From NCBI GenBank assembly GCA_026770705.1, contig JANJGN010000052.1:2170001-2234000 (forward strand): 64,000 nt of DNA, read 5' to 3'. A model generated the notes under the pieces. The model saw nothing but the letters and a program-made list of their open reading frames with translations. It did not search any database and was not told the DNA's origin. This document shows, piece by piece, positions 60,700 through 64,000 of this stretch (its first letter is position 1; each line of letters starts with the position of its first letter). The position numbers and the translations under genes were made by a program. The stretch is from Isurus oxyrinchus (Eukaryota).

Positions 60700-62360
60700 C
60701 CCTAATACACCACGTCTACAGGTTCCACTTTATCCAATCCACTTGTTACATCCTCGAGGAAATCTAATTATTTTTTCAAACATGATATCCCTTTCACAAA
60801 CCCATGTTGACTCTGTCTGATTGAATTATGGATTTCTAAATGTCCTGCTGCTCCCTCCTTCATAATGAATTCTGGTATTTTCCCAATGACAGATATTAGA
60901 CTATCTGACCTGTAGTTTCTTGCTTTCTGCCTCCTCCCTTTATTGAACAGAGGTGTTTCATTTATGTTTTTCCAATCCACTGGGACCTTCCCATAATCTA
61001 AGGAATTCTGGAAGATTACAACCAATGCATCCACTGTCTCTGCAGCCATTTCCTTTCAGACCCTCACATTCAGGCCGTCTGCTCCATGGGACTTGTCAGC
61101 ATCTGTCTCATTAGTTTTCTTAATACTTTTTCTCTGGTGATAGTGATTGTTTTATGTTCCTCCCTCCTTGTTGCACCGTGACTTTCTCCTGCTATTGGGA
61201 TGGTTTTAGAGATTTTTACTGTGAAGACAGACACAAAATTCTTGTTGAAAGTCTCTGTCATTTCCTTGTTTCCCATTATTAATTCCCCAGTCTGATTTTC
61301 TATGTGTCCCATTATTACTGTAGCTTCTCTCTTATTTTAATGTACAACATCTCACAGACATTGTTTATGGTTCTTGCTAGTTTACTCTCATATCATCATT
61401 TCTGCCTCCTTATATTTCTCCCCTCACTTTTCTGGTTTCTCAAATATTCCCAATCTCCAGCCTATCACTCAGCATCCCAACATTGCCGGCTTTATCTCAC
61501 AATTGGATACCGTCCTTAGCTTCCTGAGTTAGCCGCCGATGCTCCATCCTTTTTATAGATTCTTTCTTTCTTACTGGAAAATATCTTCATTGGAATTTAT
61601 GAAAGATCTCTTTAGATGCCTGTTACTCCTCATCTACACGCCCCCCCCCCCCCCCCACTTTAACCTGCTGTCCCACTCTACTTGGGCCGACTCTACTTTT
61701 AACCCTTGTAATTGTCTTTAGATAAGTTTATGACACTAGTTTCAGACCCAAGTTTCTAATTTGAATATTAAATTTCAACACCGTAGGATTACTCTTCCCT
61801 TGAGGGTCCTTTACAATGAGATGTTAATTAGTCTTGTCTCAGTAACATTGCCTGGTCTAAAACAGCCTCTTCGCTGCTTTGTTCCATGTTGGATTGTTCT
61901 CAAATACTGTCCTGAATACAATCTGTATAATCTCGCTGAAAGCTACATTTGCTAATCTGATTTGTCTAATCTATACGACGATTGAAAACTCCCATGGTTA
62001 ATGTGGTGCCTTTCTCATAAACCTCCTCATGTATTGATTTACAATCTATCCCTGCAGTGTAACCACTGTCAGGGGGGAGTATAAACCAAGCCATCAGAGA
62101 TTTCTTTCCCTTGCAATTCCTTATATTCACCCAAACTGACTGTGCATCTTGACATCTGAGCCAAAATCATTTCTCACTACTTTACAGGTCTCATCTTTTA
62201 TTGAGAGAGCTACCCCACCTCCTTTTCATTTTTCCTATACTTTCAAAGATTCCAAATATCCTTCAATTTTCAATTTCCAACCTTGGTCACTTTGCAACCA
62301 ACTCTCTGCAGTGTCCATCTTATCGTACCCATTAATCTCTATTTGTGCTATAACTTCATT
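60700..62360 (-). mobile_element. Old CR1 LINE fragments
   Basis: IFQNSLDYGKVPVDWK..PLFNKG..NYR..SQHGFVKGISCL; MTETFNKNFVSVFT. Confidence 0.8.
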
Positions 62361-62389
62361 CATTTGTTCCAAATTTATGTTTTATATAT

Positions 62390-63128
62390 TCATTCTTCCA
62401 TGGGAAGTGGGCATCACTGGCTAGGCCAGCATTTATGGCCCATCCCTAATTACCTTGAGAAGGTGGTGGTGAGCTGCCTTCCTGAACCTCTGCACTCCAT
62501 GTGGTGTAGGTACACCCACAATGCTGTTAGAGAAGGAAGTCCAAGATTTTGACCCAGTGGCAGTGAAGGGACGGCGATATATTTCAAAATCAGGATGATG
62601 TGTGGCTTGGAGGGGAACTTCCAGGTGGTGGTGTTCCCCTATGTCTGCTGCCCTTGTCCTTCTCAATGGTAGAGGTCGTGGGTTTGGAAGGTGCTGTTGA
62701 AGGAACCTTGCTGAGTTGCTGAAGTTCATGTTGTAGATGGGACACACTGCTGCCACTGTGCATTGACGATGGAGGGAGTGAGTGTTGCTGTGGTTGAGGG
62801 GGAGCCAATCAAGCGGGGCTGTTTTGTCCAGGGTGGTGTCGAGCTTCTTGAGTGTTGTTGGAACTGCACTCATCCAGGCAAGTGGAGAGTATTCCATTCA
62901 CACTCCTGCCTTGTGCTATGTCAATGAAGGACAGGATTTGAGGAGTCAGGAGGTGAGTTACTCACCGCAGGATTCCCAGCCTCTGAGCTGCTCTTGTAGC
63001 CACAATGTTTATGTGGCTGACCCAGTTCAGATTCTCGTCAATGGTAACCCCCAGGCTGTTAACAGTGGGGGATCCAATGATGGTGCTGCCATTGAATGTC
63101 AAGGGGAGATGGTTAGATTCTCTCTTGT
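62390..63128 (-). mobile_element. CR1-group LINE 3' end
   Basis: MEYSPLAWMSAVPTTLKKLDT..LQQHLPNPRPLP and a tail shared with the SINE. Confidence 0.85.
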
Positions 63129-64000
63129 GTGCATTCAGATTAAGAACCTTTCTGTCTTTTCCCCATTTCCCCTACTCTGACCTTATTTGCTGGGACACTG
63201 GTTGATGCTGGTTTCAGTCTCAGTTTGTCTCAGTTGATCACACTCTGGCCTCCGTCTCAAGACTGATGTTCCCTGTTGGTAGTGACAGTGATGGGGGTGT
63301 TGGGGAGGGTGTGGATATTGACCCCACTGCTCCCCCTCCCCTGCTCCGCCATTCTGTCCTGGGAGACCCGCCAGGATCCTTGTTCCAGCTGTGATGGGCA
63401 GCCCTTCCACACTTTCCTCTGGGCCCCGCACTTCATGTGTAAAAGCATTAAGTTAGAGAAGGGATGGAGAAATGAACAGGGGGCATGGGATAAGTCTGGG
63501 GGTCTCACAGCCAGAACTGACCCTGCCCACAACTCTGTGGAGGGGGAGAGGTTTCACCAGCTCTCTGTCTTTGCAACATCATAACCGCAGTGTGAAGATT
63601 GTCCCCATTCCCTGTATCTTAATAATATTGTAAAGACAACTGGGAGATAGCCTGCAGTCTCTGAAAAAGAATTTGGTGTGCCTACAGCACCACCACTGGC
63701 AAGAGAGTGTAAGTACAGTGTGAGATGTTTACATGGGAAATTTTCATGATAAATGTGGACACAGGAATTTACATAATTTGGTGGAGGAAATGCAATGACA
63801 TGAATTAACAGATTGGAGCAGGAAGGTTGTCCCAGAGTAAGATGTTTAATAAAAATATATCTGTACAGAGTTGTCTGGGCATTTCAATCCCTTGTGACAA
63901 TAAATGTAATATTATAGAAAATGCAAAAGCTTCTTGTAATCTATCACAGAATAAACAAGTTGCAGAATTCAGAAAGCACATTCTGAAATGTTAACAAAGT

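Noticed and set aside
63130-63600. Short ORFs at 63183-63584
   Set aside because: No recognisable motif or convincing splice pattern; probably decayed transposon.

Overview
Eukaryotic vertebrate genomic DNA, most likely a shark or other cartilaginous fish (inferred from the CR1/L2/Penelope/SINE and minisatellite content). The window holds a minus-strand tandem cluster of Siglec-like (MAG/CD22-type) immunoglobulin-superfamily receptor genes; exons were rebuilt by hand from AG/GT splice sites and intron phase. Gene C (~46.5-60.0 kb): leader, V-set with intact sialic-acid Arg, three C2-set domains, TM, and a tail with three YxN motifs in ITAM-like spacing. Gene B (~21.5-42.7 kb): leader with a GT>AT donor mutation, two tandem V-set exons (Arg-intact, then Arg>Lys), C2, a truncated C2, C2, a MAG-D5-like C2, TM, and a duplicated cytoplasmic cassette giving one ITIM-broken and one ITIM-intact tail. 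Gene A (3.4-4.5 kb): a divergent leader plus V-set exon cut off by a Gypsy remnant. The rest is transposon debris (Gypsy remnants, solo LTRs, CR1, L2, RTE, Penelope, tRNA-derived SINEs), TE-derived minisatellites, a 9.5-kb CCTCAT-type pyrimidine array, a 24-bp tandem array and a 170-N gap. The most interesting signal is a possible modular or paired-receptor Siglec system with interchangeable V exons and alternative signalling tails. All splicing models are predictions without transcript data.
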